A stretch of 64,000 nt of DNA, taken from NCBI GenBank assembly GCA_027623195.1, contig JAQBUT010000002.1:64001-128000 (forward strand), in the 5' to 3' direction. Both the position numbers and the translations under genes were made by a program. Source of the stretch: Chloroflexota bacterium (lineage in GTDB: Bacteria > Chloroflexota > Dehalococcoidia > Lucifugimonadales > JADFKI01). Of this stretch, positions 1 to 9,033 are shown piece by piece. The notes below the pieces were generated by a model. That model had not been told where the DNA came from. It searched no databases and worked only from the letters and a program-made list of their open reading frames with translations. Position 1 is the first letter of the stretch. Each line of letters opens with the position of its first letter.

Positions 1-117
1 ACCGAGTGGGAGCATATGCGTCAGGAAGAGCAGCAGCAGATGCTGGCCACTCAGGCCGAGGCCGACGACCACGACGCTAGTCTGGATGCCGACGCAGGCG
101 ACGCCTCAGGGGAGTAG
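1..117 (+). CDS. 3' end of a CDS entering the window (acidic C-terminal tail), product unknown
   Basis: Frame 1 is open from base 1: TEWEHMRQEEQQQMLATQAEADDHDASLDADAGDASGE-TAG(115-117). Confidence 0.6.
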   Translation, partial: TEWEHMRQEEQQQMLATQAEADDHDASLDADAGDASGE

Positions 118-430
118 CTTCCCCCTTTGTAGACTCGCAAGGCCCACCATCCCAACAAAACGGCTGATCCCTATTCTCCCCAAACCTCTGCTCTTTTCTG
201 CCTCAAATGTCTTCTATGCGAAATCTAAGAAAAGTATAAGAAAATACCATAAACACCTTGCGCGACTTTTCCAGGCTTCGGTACTCTTCCCTCAGTAATG
301 TGCGGTAGCGTCCCTAACGGGTACTTCACCACACATTATCTTTTCAAGCAACTTCTGCAACCGCGGTGCCTCGGATTTCGTGTGGCACGCGGATTGAGAA
401 GAATACGGCGGAGTTGGGTCAGGAGGGTTC

Positions 431-2407
431 ATGAAGCTTGTTCGCGCAAGGGTAACCGACTTTAAATCCATCGATGACTCGGGTTGGGTGGACATTGACA
501 ATGTCACCAGCATGGTGGGGAAGAACGAGTCCGGGAAAACGGCGTTCCTTGGGGCGTTGAAGCGTCTAAATCCTGTGGATGGGAAAGAAGCATTCGACCT
601 CAAGGACTATCCACGTAAGGGTTATGTGCGGTACAAGAAGACCCACAAGGACAAGCCCGCCATCGCACTGACGGCTGAGTTCCAATTGTCCGATACGGAG
701 TTGGAAAAGATCGAAGCTGACCTTGGACAGAAGGTGCTCAAGTCCACGTTGGTCACTGTCTCCAAGGACTACAATAACGACTTCTTCTGGGACTTTGAGG
801 TCGATGAGAAGGCCATTGTTCAGAACATCTTGGGCAACGCCGGGTTGCCGCCTGAGATTCAACAGCACGCGGAGACGGCGCAGAACTGCGCAGAACTCGC
901 CGCGAAGCTGGAGGCTCTGGACGTCAAGCCTGCCTCAGTTCAATCGTTGCTCAAGGACATCTCAGAAAAATTCAAGAGCGACGTCGGCGAGCAGTTAGTA
1001 GAAAAATATCTTCAGAAATTCCTGCCCAAATTCGTCTACTTCGACGAATACAGCACTATGCGGGGGCGTATCTCAATTCAGGATGTGCGCCATCGCCAGG
1101 AAAAGGGCGAGGAACTGGACGATTCCGACCGGACTTTCTTGTCTCTGCTTGGCCTGGTTGGGGTAGACTTGAAGGATCTGGAAAACCAGACCAGTTACGA
1201 GTATTTGAAGGCAGAGTTGGAGTCGGCCTCCATTGGCATCTCCGACGAAATTTTCGAGTACTGGAACCAGAATAAGCAGTTGCGGGTTGAGTTCGACCTC
1301 TCCCCTGCTAACCCTAACGACACGCCGCCTCTGAACGCAGGCACTATCCTGCACGTCAGGATTTGGAACAACCGCCATAGGGTGTCGGTTCCTTTCGACG
1401 AAAGGTCCAAGGGTTTCGTGTGGTTCTTCTCCTTCCTGGCCTACTTCTCGCAGGTCGAGGAGGAAGAGGAGGGCGACCTGGTGCTTTTGCTGGACGAGCC
1501 TGGTCTGAACCTTCACGCCATGGCCCAGCACGACTTCCTGCGCTTCATTGAGGAGCGCCTGGCCCTGAAGCACCAGGTTATTTACACAACGCACTCGCCG
1601 TTCATGATCAACCTGAAGCATCTGGACCGTATCCGCACAGTGCAGGATATAGACGACAGGGGCACGGTAATCAACGGCGATACGCTTAGCAACGATATGG
1701 AGACGGTGTTCCCGCTGCAGGTGGCCCTGGGCCACAGGCTGGCGAACACGCTGTTCCTTGCGCCGCACTGCCTGATGGTAAATTCGGCTTCGGACCTGAT
1801 CTACCTGCAAATTCTTGGCGAGTTGTGCGCCTCCAAGGGCCATCAGCGCCTGGACCCGAGATGGGTGGTCATACCGGTTGGCGGAGCGGACAACCTGCCG
1901 ACCTTCGTCTCTCTGCTTGGCGAGAACTACGTCAGCGTAGCGGTGCTGATGGACGTTACGCCGAAGAACAAGGAGAAGATGGAGGCCATAAATCGCAACG
2001 GCGTTATCGACCGCAACAACCCCATAAAGTGGGTTGAGGTGGCCAAGATCAGGACAGCCGACATCGAGGACATTCTGGACCCTATGTTCTACCTCAAGTT
2101 GGTGAACGAGTCCTACGCCGGCGAACTCCCTGCCACTTTGACAATGAAGGCCATAACCGAGAGCGATCCTCGGATCGCGCACCGGCTGGCTGCCCACTTC
2201 GAAAGCGAGGGCATTGCTGGCGGGAATTTCGATACGTATCGGCCGGCATCGTACCTGTTGCAGAAGCACGCTCTACTGCGCAGCGAGATCGACGCGGAAA
2301 CTATCGAGAAGGCAGCGTCCATGTTCGAGCGTATCAACGCAATGCTCCCATCCGACGGCATGACCTCAAAGGGAGTCAATGGCAAATCGGTGGCTGCCAG
2401 GACTTAG
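431..2407 (+). CDS. OLD-family ABC-type ATPase with C-terminal TOPRIM-like domain (TOPRIM acidic motifs degenerate)
   Basis: RBS AGGAGG; N-terminal FKSI, Walker A GKNESGKT, signature-like RSKG, Walker B LLLDEP, H-loop TTHS; C-terminal VIPVGG...DIED. Confidence 0.85.
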   Translation: MKLVRARVTDFKSIDDSGWVDIDNVTSMVGKNESGKTAFLGALKRLNPVDGKEAFDLKDYPRKGYVRYKKTHKDKPAIALTAEFQLSDTELEKIEADLGQKVLKSTLVTVSKDYNNDFFWDFEVDEKAIVQNILGNAGLPPEIQQHAETAQNCAELAAKLEALDVKPASVQSLLKDISEKFKSDVGEQLVEKYLQKFLPKFVYFDEYSTMRGRISIQDVRHRQEKGEELDDSDRTFLSLLGLVGVDLKDLENQTSYEYLKAELESASIGISDEIFEYWNQNKQLRVEFDLSPANPNDTPPLNAGTILHVRIWNNRHRVSVPFDERSKGFVWFFSFLAYFSQVEEEEEGDLVLLLDEPGLNLHAMAQHDFLRFIEERLALKHQVIYTTHSPFMINLKHLDRIRTVQDIDDRGTVINGDTLSNDMETVFPLQVALGHRLANTLFLAPHCLMVNSASDLIYLQILGELCASKGHQRLDPRWVVIPVGGADNLPTFVSLLGENYVSVAVLMDVTPKNKEKMEAINRNGVIDRNNPIKWVEVAKIRTADIEDILDPMFYLKLVNESYAGELPATLTMKAITESDPRIAHRLAAHFESEGIAGGNFDTYRPASYLLQKHALLRSEIDAETIEKAASMFERINAMLPSDGMTSKGVNGKSVAART

Positions 2408-2435
2408 TCCAAGCCGCTGACAACTGGGCCATCAT

Positions 2436-2467
2436 AACAGGGGGGAGGCATTTGCCTCCCCCCTGTT
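2436..2467. terminator. Bidirectional intrinsic terminator
   Basis: AACAGGGGGGAGGCA/TGCCTCCCCCCTGTT inverted repeat between convergent genes. Confidence 0.85.
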
Positions 2468-2509
2468 TATTTGTTCCGTACCTGGTTTTGTAACTTAACG
2501 CGTTGTCTG

Positions 2510-5155
2510 CTACTTAATGGAAATATTGCCTCCCCCGATGGCAGTGCCTGCTTCGGAATCGTCAGGCTCCCCTATCCGGTTGTCGTAAACCACCGCGTCG
2601 CCGTCGTCCATGTCCCATATCTTGATGCGGAACAGATCGGTTGTAGCGCTGGCCGTAAGGTTAGCGTCAGTGGCCGTTATCATGAATCCGTAATTGCCGC
2701 CACCGTTAATAGTCCCGGCACCTTTGAACTTGGCGTTCGCGCCTGCTACCACCAGCCAGTCATAGGAGCCCGAATGAAAATTGAGGCCTCCTGCCTTGAA
2801 CTGGAATTCCGTCTGTCCTGTGGGCACGTTGGCGCCCTTCTTGTATTTCGACACGAAGCCAAAATTCGCTTTGCCTGTCAGCGATGGGTCAGCCACGTAC
2901 GCGCCCAAATGTGAGTTGATCCAGCCGCCGCCCGTGACGAAGCCGTTTGAGGGGTCGTAGGCCACCACAAACTGGTATGTAGAGGAATCTGACGCCCCGT
3001 CATTGTCGGTCACGGTGACGTTAAGAGTGTATACGCCGGGCGTTGAGTAGGCATGAGTGGCATCTGTTGTTCCTACGCCGCCTGCCTCTGTGACGAAGCA
3101 ATCCAGGTCAACCGAGGTGTCGCACTGGCTGCCGTCGCCCCAGTCCCAAACCGCTGTGTGAACATCCAGCACACCAGGGTCGCTGAGCGGCGCGCTGACG
3201 TTGACAGATGCTCCAATCTCTACCGGGTCCATTGGAGCTGTGATGGAACCAACGCTAGGTGCGACGTTGTTCACCGTGAGGTCGAACGTCGTCGTGCCCA
3301 TGCCGCCGTTGCTGTCGTCGCCCGTGATTGTAACCGTTTGTGATTCACTGGGCCCGTCGCTAGTAGCGAGGCCCCAGGACCATGTGCCACCACCGTCATT
3401 GGTTACGGAGCCGACGGAGGCGTTCAGTGTAACGATATCGCCGTCGACATCGCCGAACGTGCCCGAATTGGCTGCGTTTTGTCCCTCGTCTACCGACACC
3501 GTCGCGTTATCAGCGGTTAGTACCGGGGCGTCGTTCACCGGGTTCACGGTGATGGTAACCGTAGCCACGCTGGAGTCTAGCTCTCCGTCGTTAACGAGAT
3601 ATGTTAAAGCGTCTGTTCCATTGAAATTTGTCCCCGGCGTGTATGAGAATGAGCCATCCGAGTTGAGCATCAAGGCGCCGCTGGAAGGCCCGCTCACCAG
3701 CGATGTTGATAAAGAGTCGTTCTCTGAGTCCGTGTCGTTGGCCAACACACCTGGAGCGGCCACGTTTAGAACATTATCTTCATCTACAGAGTAAGTATCA
3801 TCGTTGGCCACCGGTACCGTGTTAGCCGGTAGCACCGGATCCCCCACCGCGAAGACTTCGTTGGTGGACCTGCTGATTACGTAGTACCGGGCCAACTGCG
3901 GAACTGTGTCGATCTGCCCCGGATATCCGAAACCGCTGAGAAGCTCCAGCGTCTCCGTTGCCCGCCAACCAGCGCCGTTGTCCTTGGCCAATCTCACCAG
4001 CGATAAGCCGGAGTTCTGGCCGCCGCCGGTTGCGTTGCGGTTCTGAGCCGCTAAGACGGAGTCTCCGTTTACCGACTCTGTCGCATATCCGAAACCTGGA
4101 GTACCAAGGGTTTGCAGATTTGCCATGGTGAAGGGATCCAGCACATAGGCGTTCTGAGATATGGAAGAGTCGCCAACCAGTAGCAGAACGCGGCAGCCTA
4201 CTGGCGCCTTGGTGTAGTGGATGAAACTTCCGGCATCCCCGAAGGTAAATGCCCCCAGGGTAGCCCCGCTGAAAGCATCATAGCCGTAGGCTGTGTCTCC
4301 TGAAGGGGAATCTGTCTTCTGTCCGTAGTGCCTTAAGCCATCCCAACTCACGTCACCGAGTCCAGTCGAGTCGCCACCGAAGGCTACGTTGCCGATGACC
4401 ATGTTGTCGCTGGTTCGTATTACCAGCCAACCTCTGCGTCCGGAGGCTATGACGTGAGCTGAATTCTCCTCTGGGACATCAATTTCATGAAATCCTTTAG
4501 CGGAGTCATCTATGTGCGTGATTGCCATAAAGGAAGAGATGTCAATCACAGTAACTCTGCCGACTGTTGCTGAGGCTCCGGATACTACATAAAGCCTGCT
4601 GCCGTCGGGCAGTACGTCTGTGTCCAGAATCGTCATGCCCGATGTCAGGGCTGGTGTGTAGGTTCGAAGCACAGCGTGGTTAGCCGTGCTGATCTCGTAG
4701 ACAATGTATTCGTCAGAGACGTATAAGCGGCTGCCGTCCGGGTGAGCTACCAGCGAGCGCAGGTTTCCTGTTCCCGGATTCGGAATCGTCGCTATTAGCT
4801 GCATGGGAAGGCTCTGCCAGTCTGCCCCGAATTCAAAGCTGGGACTGCCCGGCGTTGTGTTAGTCTGTCCCGTGCCGTCGGCGTTCATAACGAACATGTC
4901 GCCGTTGTTATCGTTCCGGTTGCTGTCGAACACGATTTGCAGTCCGTCTGGAGACCAGTCCGGTCGGCCATCTGAAGTCACGAGATTCGTGAGCGCCGTT
5001 TGTGCCTCCCCGTCGGCATCCATGACGAAAACGTCGCCATTGGGGTGCAAACGAGTGCTGGTAAAGGCGATTCGGCCGTTGTTGCCTGAGTAGGCCGCCT
5101 GCGCTGCAGGCAGGGCAGCGGTCCAATGCCAGGATGCGACAGTTGCCAGGAGCAT
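2510..5155 (-). CDS. Secreted modular protein: TolB/PD40 repeats, beta-propeller, cadherin/Ig-like (Big_9-type) repeats, PKD domain, C-terminal GFVTGGGWI domain; RBS-linked start at 5251 is cut off by an in-frame TAA
   Basis: GRIAFTS...PDWSPDG; PVANDDTYSVDED..NDTD; WDWGDGS..HAYSTPGVY; signal peptide ending AQA. Confidence 0.8.
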   Translation of the reverse strand: MLLATVASWHWTAALPAAQAAYSGNNGRIAFTSTRLHPNGDVFVMDADGEAQTALTNLVTSDGRPDWSPDGLQIVFDSNRNDNNGDMFVMNADGTGQTNTTPGSPSFEFGADWQSLPMQLIATIPNPGTGNLRSLVAHPDGSRLYVSDEYIVYEISTANHAVLRTYTPALTSGMTILDTDVLPDGSRLYVVSGASATVGRVTVIDISSFMAITHIDDSAKGFHEIDVPEENSAHVIASGRRGWLVIRTSDNMVIGNVAFGGDSTGLGDVSWDGLRHYGQKTDSPSGDTAYGYDAFSGATLGAFTFGDAGSFIHYTKAPVGCRVLLLVGDSSISQNAYVLDPFTMANLQTLGTPGFGYATESVNGDSVLAAQNRNATGGGQNSGLSLVRLAKDNGAGWRATETLELLSGFGYPGQIDTVPQLARYYVISRSTNEVFAVGDPVLPANTVPVANDDTYSVDEDNVLNVAAPGVLANDTDSENDSLSTSLVSGPSSGALMLNSDGSFSYTPGTNFNGTDALTYLVNDGELDSSVATVTITVNPVNDAPVLTADNATVSVDEGQNAANSGTFGDVDGDIVTLNASVGSVTNDGGGTWSWGLATSDGPSESQTVTITGDDSNGGMGTTTFDLTVNNVAPSVGSITAPMDPVEIGASVNVSAPLSDPGVLDVHTAVWDWGDGSQCDTSVDLDCFVTEAGGVGTTDATHAYSTPGVYTLNVTVTDNDGASDSSTYQFVVAYDPSNGFVTGGGWINSHLGAYVADPSLTGKANFGFVSKYKKGANVPTGQTEFQFKAGGLNFHSGSYDWLVVAGANAKFKGAGTINGGGNYGFMITATDANLTASATTDLFRIKIWDMDDGDAVVYDNRIGEPDDSEAGTAIGGGNISIK

Positions 5156-5576
5156 GGCCAGGGCCAGGAATGACCGACGGAACGTCAGGCAACGGTGGCG
5201 GGCCCTTTGCTTGGATTGGCGGGCGTCTGTTTAGGGTGCGTTGAGTTTCATGGCTTTCTCCTTCGAACCAAACTTGGGTGCCAGAGTTGGCTTCGGCCCC
5301 TTTGTCTCGACACGTCGTGACGAAATGCCTCAGATATATGGGCCAGTTGAGAAAGCCATGTCATTTAGCTTAATAAATGCTGTCAATGGCCACACTTAAT
5401 GTTAAATTAACGACTGGTTGTCGTTATTACAGCCTTGAAATTGGAGAACCGCAAAGTTGTTATAATTTCAGCGAATATCGTCTGAGTTAGATGTTCCTGT
5501 GAGGCGATGTACGGCTGTGCTGAATTGCGGTACAGTTGAATGCGTCCCTTTAAATCGACATGCAATGAGTCTGTAA

Positions 5577-7034
5577 TTGACACAAACAAGCGATCAAGAT
5601 AGTTCACAAACTGGGGACGCTTTGACCTATCCCGAGGCTCTTGAACTGGTGATGGGGCTGGCCGACTTTGAGCGTTCCACGCACAGTCCAGGGCACTCCA
5701 AGTTTCACCTGGAGCGCATGACGCTTCTTATGGAGCGGCTCGGCAGCGTCCACCTCCTGGTTCCGACAGTGCATGTGGCGGGAACCAAAGGCAAGGGCAG
5801 CACCTCCGCCATGATTACCTCTATGCTCGCGGCTCATGGGTACAAGGTCGGGTTTTACTCCTCTCCGCACCTCCACAGTGCAGTAGAGCGGATCAGAGTG
5901 GGGCAGGAACCCATTAGCCAACAGGATTTCGCCGCAGTGGTGCAGCAGATCTGGCCCGTATTCGAAGACATTGGGTTGAACGGAGGCTACGGCCCAGCCA
6001 CAACCTTCGAGGCCTTGACCGCCATGGCCTTCGTCCATTTCCACAACGTAGGTGTGGATTTCCAGGTGATGGAGGTTGGTCTGGGCGGCAGACTGGACTC
6101 CACCAATATAGTTTCCCCCGAGGTCTGCGTAATCACTTCAATCAGCCTGGACCATATGGCCACGCTGGGTGACACAATCGAGGAAATTGCGCTGGAAAAG
6201 GCAGGAATTATCAAGCCGGGGGTTCCCGTGGTGGTTGCGCCCCAGCAGGATGAGGTCATGGCGGTGTTCAGGCAAGTGGCCAAGGAGCGCGGTTCTCCCC
6301 TCGTTTCTGTGCAGGATAACCTAAAGTGGAATGAGACCGGCATGGGGGCCATTGGGCAGAGATTGCAGCTGTCGGGCCTGCGAGGCAAATACGACCTGGA
6401 GATGCCTTTACTGGGGGAATACCAGTTGGAAAACACAGCGACGGCCGTAGCCGCTGTAGAGACTTTGGCTACAAGGTTGCCTGCCGTGGACGCAATTTTA
6501 TCCGAGAATTGTATCGGCCAAGGGTTAAGAAATGTTCAGTGGCCTGCTAGACTAGAAGTAGTGTCAGGTGAATATGGCTTGGAATCCCAAATAGTGGTGG
6601 ACGGCGCGCACAATCCCTACTCGATCAGTCGACTAGTTGAAGCGCTGCCCAAGTACTTTAAATACGACAAAGTGTTGCTGGTTTTCGGCGCATTGGGCGG
6701 CCATAGTGCCAGGGACATGATAAAAGAGCTGGCGGTACTAGAACCGACCGTTTATGCGGCCCGCTCCAGGCATCCGCGCTCTTCCACCGGCAGTGACATT
6801 GCCGAAATTGCTATGGAAGAAGGCATGAAAGTAGCCTTCCATGGGGAGACCGTTGAGGAGGCGCTGAGGCCTGCCATCAAGGCGGCTGGCCCATGTGATC
6901 TGGTGTTGGGTACGGGTTCCCTGTCCGTCGCTGCCGAAATCAGAGAAGAGATTCTGGGTATTCCACCCGAACGCTACCCTAACATGAAGCCGGTAAATGC
7001 AGACGTTAACTCTCGAAACAAAGGCCCCGGGTAA
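5577..7034 (+). CDS. folC: Folylpolyglutamate synthase/dihydrofolate synthase
   Basis: HVAGTKGKGS, SPHL..ERI, EVGLGGRLDSTN, EKAGIIK, DGAHNP motifs. Confidence 0.93.
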   Translation: MTQTSDQDSSQTGDALTYPEALELVMGLADFERSTHSPGHSKFHLERMTLLMERLGSVHLLVPTVHVAGTKGKGSTSAMITSMLAAHGYKVGFYSSPHLHSAVERIRVGQEPISQQDFAAVVQQIWPVFEDIGLNGGYGPATTFEALTAMAFVHFHNVGVDFQVMEVGLGGRLDSTNIVSPEVCVITSISLDHMATLGDTIEEIALEKAGIIKPGVPVVVAPQQDEVMAVFRQVAKERGSPLVSVQDNLKWNETGMGAIGQRLQLSGLRGKYDLEMPLLGEYQLENTATAVAAVETLATRLPAVDAILSENCIGQGLRNVQWPARLEVVSGEYGLESQIVVDGAHNPYSISRLVEALPKYFKYDKVLLVFGALGGHSARDMIKELAVLEPTVYAARSRHPRSSTGSDIAEIAMEEGMKVAFHGETVEEALRPAIKAAGPCDLVLGTGSLSVAAEIREEILGIPPERYPNMKPVNADVNSRNKGPG

Positions 7035-7062
7035 TCTCTGAATTAAGTCCAAGAGGTAATTA

Positions 7063-8313
7063 ATGGTCAACGGAAGAAAAAGAGTCGTAGTGACTGGCAT
7101 GGGGGCTGTTACTCCTCTTGGCGCCTCGGTGGAGGATTACTGGTCAAGCCTGATCGCGGGAAAGTCTGGCGTACGTCCTATGAGGCTGGTCGATCCTACC
7201 GATTACCCCTGTAAGGTCTCTGGAGAGGTCCCCAACTTCGATCCGGGGCAGTACGTTAATCCTAAAGAGGCCCGGCGTATGGCCCGATTCACGCAGTTGG
7301 CCGTGGCTGCCGCTGCATTGGCCATCGAAGATGCCGATCTGAACATGTCCAAAGAGAACCCGGAAAGATTGGGCGTTGTCATGGGCAACGGCAACGGAGG
7401 CTTTCCTACTATGGAGGATGGGGCTCGGGTTCTGATCGAGCGAGGTGGCATGAAGATGAGTCCGTTCTTCATCCCAATGATTCTTCCGAACATGGCCGCC
7501 GCTAACGTAAGCCGATTATTCGGCCTGAAAGGCTACACTTCAACGGTGATAACCGCCTGCGCAGCCGGTAATCAGGGCATCGGCGAAGGCACCGAAGCTA
7601 TTCGCAGAGGTGCGGCCGATGTCATATTAGCCGGCGGCTGTGAGGCTGGCATATGTGAGCTGGGACTGGGCGGTTTCAACGTCATTAAAGCGCTTTCCCG
7701 CCGCGAGGGAGACCCAACGAAGGCCAGCAGGCCATTCGATGCTGGCAGGGATGGCTTCGTGCCTGCGGAAGGCGCTGGCATCCTGATGCTGGAGAGCCTG
7801 GAACACGCCATAGATCGCGGCGCCAATATCCTGGCCGAGATAGTCGGCTACGCTGTGTCTTCAGACGCCTTCCATGCCGTGCAGCCAGACGAAGACGGCT
7901 CCGGGGCGGCTCGCGCGATGAAGTGGGCTATCGAAAACGCAGGTCTAGAGCCGAAAGATATCGACTACATCAACGCTCATGGCACCTCGACTCCTATGAA
8001 TGACATGGTAGAGACCCTCGCAATCAAGAAGGCCTTCGGGGAGCAGGCGTACAAGGTGCCCATAAGCTCCACCAAGTCTATGACAGGCCATGCCTTGGGC
8101 GGAGCAGGAGCCATCGAGGCGGTGGCCTGTATCCAGTCCATTCTCAACAACCAGATACATCCGACTATCAATTACGAAACGCCGGACCCCCAGTGCGATC
8201 TGGATTACGTTCCCAACAAGGCCAGAAGCTTAGAAGTCAAAAATGTGCTTTCCAACAGCTTTGGCTTTGGCGGACAGAATGCGTGCGTGGTCTTTTCGGA
8301 ATTCGAAGAGTGA
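7063..8313 (+). CDS. fabF: 3-oxoacyl-ACP synthase II
   Basis: RVVVTGMG, TACAAG (catalytic Cys), NAHGTST, KSMTGH, SNSFGFGG. Confidence 0.95.
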   Translation: MVNGRKRVVVTGMGAVTPLGASVEDYWSSLIAGKSGVRPMRLVDPTDYPCKVSGEVPNFDPGQYVNPKEARRMARFTQLAVAAAALAIEDADLNMSKENPERLGVVMGNGNGGFPTMEDGARVLIERGGMKMSPFFIPMILPNMAAANVSRLFGLKGYTSTVITACAAGNQGIGEGTEAIRRGAADVILAGGCEAGICELGLGGFNVIKALSRREGDPTKASRPFDAGRDGFVPAEGAGILMLESLEHAIDRGANILAEIVGYAVSSDAFHAVQPDEDGSGAARAMKWAIENAGLEPKDIDYINAHGTSTPMNDMVETLAIKKAFGEQAYKVPISSTKSMTGHALGGAGAIEAVACIQSILNNQIHPTINYETPDPQCDLDYVPNKARSLEVKNVLSNSFGFGGQNACVVFSEFEE

Positions 8314-8345
8314 GGTTCGGCGTACTTTCGGGAGTAATTTCCGGT

Positions 8346-8388
8346 AAATAAAAAGAGGGCGGAGTTTTAATCCGCCCTCTTTTTATTT
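8346..8388. terminator. Bidirectional intrinsic terminator
   Basis: AAATAAAAAGAGGGCGGA-loop-TCCGCCCTCTTTTTATTT between convergent genes. Confidence 0.9.
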
Positions 8389-8414
8389 CTTGTGCTGACC
8401 AAAAGCTTGGGGTT

Positions 8415-8663
8415 TCAGGCTGTGACTGCCTTCTCATTGGTTACCATGTCTTCAAGAATGATCTGCATCGCCATGGTGTGGCTGCAAGTATCATGCCCTG
8501 CGAAGTAATTGCAGTTGCATTGCCAAGACCCCGACTCGTAGGAAATTTCGTGATCGTCATTGTCGCCTTTGAACGTAGCCTTGCACTGGGCAAATCTGAT
8601 GCGCTCAGGTTGAAGTGCGTAGTCCTTAGCTTTCTCGATTTTCCTCATGAGGCCTGAATCCAT
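8415..8663 (-). CDS. Small SWIM zinc-finger protein
   Basis: CxC...CxH (WQCNCNYF...TCSH); RBS AGGAGG. Confidence 0.85.
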   Translation of the reverse strand: MDSGLMRKIEKAKDYALQPERIRFAQCKATFKGDNDDHEISYESGSWQCNCNYFAGHDTCSHTMAMQIILEDMVTNEKAVTA

Positions 8664-8774
8664 AAGCTTCCTCCTACCAAATTTTTATTACTTCACTGCC
8701 CGCATTTTACGATTTGAATCTCCCTCGTTAACGGCACCGCACGAAAGCCTTCTTTCAGCGGTTCCTGTTCCCTC

Positions 8775-8804
8775 ATAGTACGACGAGTCGGACATCCCCG
8801 TCAA
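8775..8804 (-). promoter_or_regulatory. Putative sigma70 promoter of the SWIM gene
   Basis: Minus strand TTGACG-N18-TACTAT. Confidence 0.5.
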
Positions 8805-9008
8805 CGTAGTAAAGGGTGAAATGGGCCAACTTAGTAGCGGTTTTGCTCTGATCTATTTAGCGGCCTGATCGACCACCTTGGGCAAGCGCACCTAACGCTT
8901 GAGGTAAACGATTCCAATACGACTTCCAAACAAGCCGGCCTGTATGATCGACAGGTTAGGGATTGAAATTGGGTCAGGCCTAGAAGCTCATTGAGTGGTC
9001 AGGCCGCC

Positions 9009-9033
9009 TAGAAAATTCGGTGGAGGATGAGGA
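9009..9033 (+). repeat. 25-nt direct repeat covering the RBS/start (copy 1)
   Basis: TAGAAAATTCGGTGGAGGATGAGGA, identical at 10772-10796. Confidence 0.9.

Noticed and set aside
1073..2269. Long antisense ORF (398 aa) and the many similar shadow ORFs in the track
   Set aside because: They lie opposite or within well-supported genes, have no motifs, and are expected from GC-rich codon bias.
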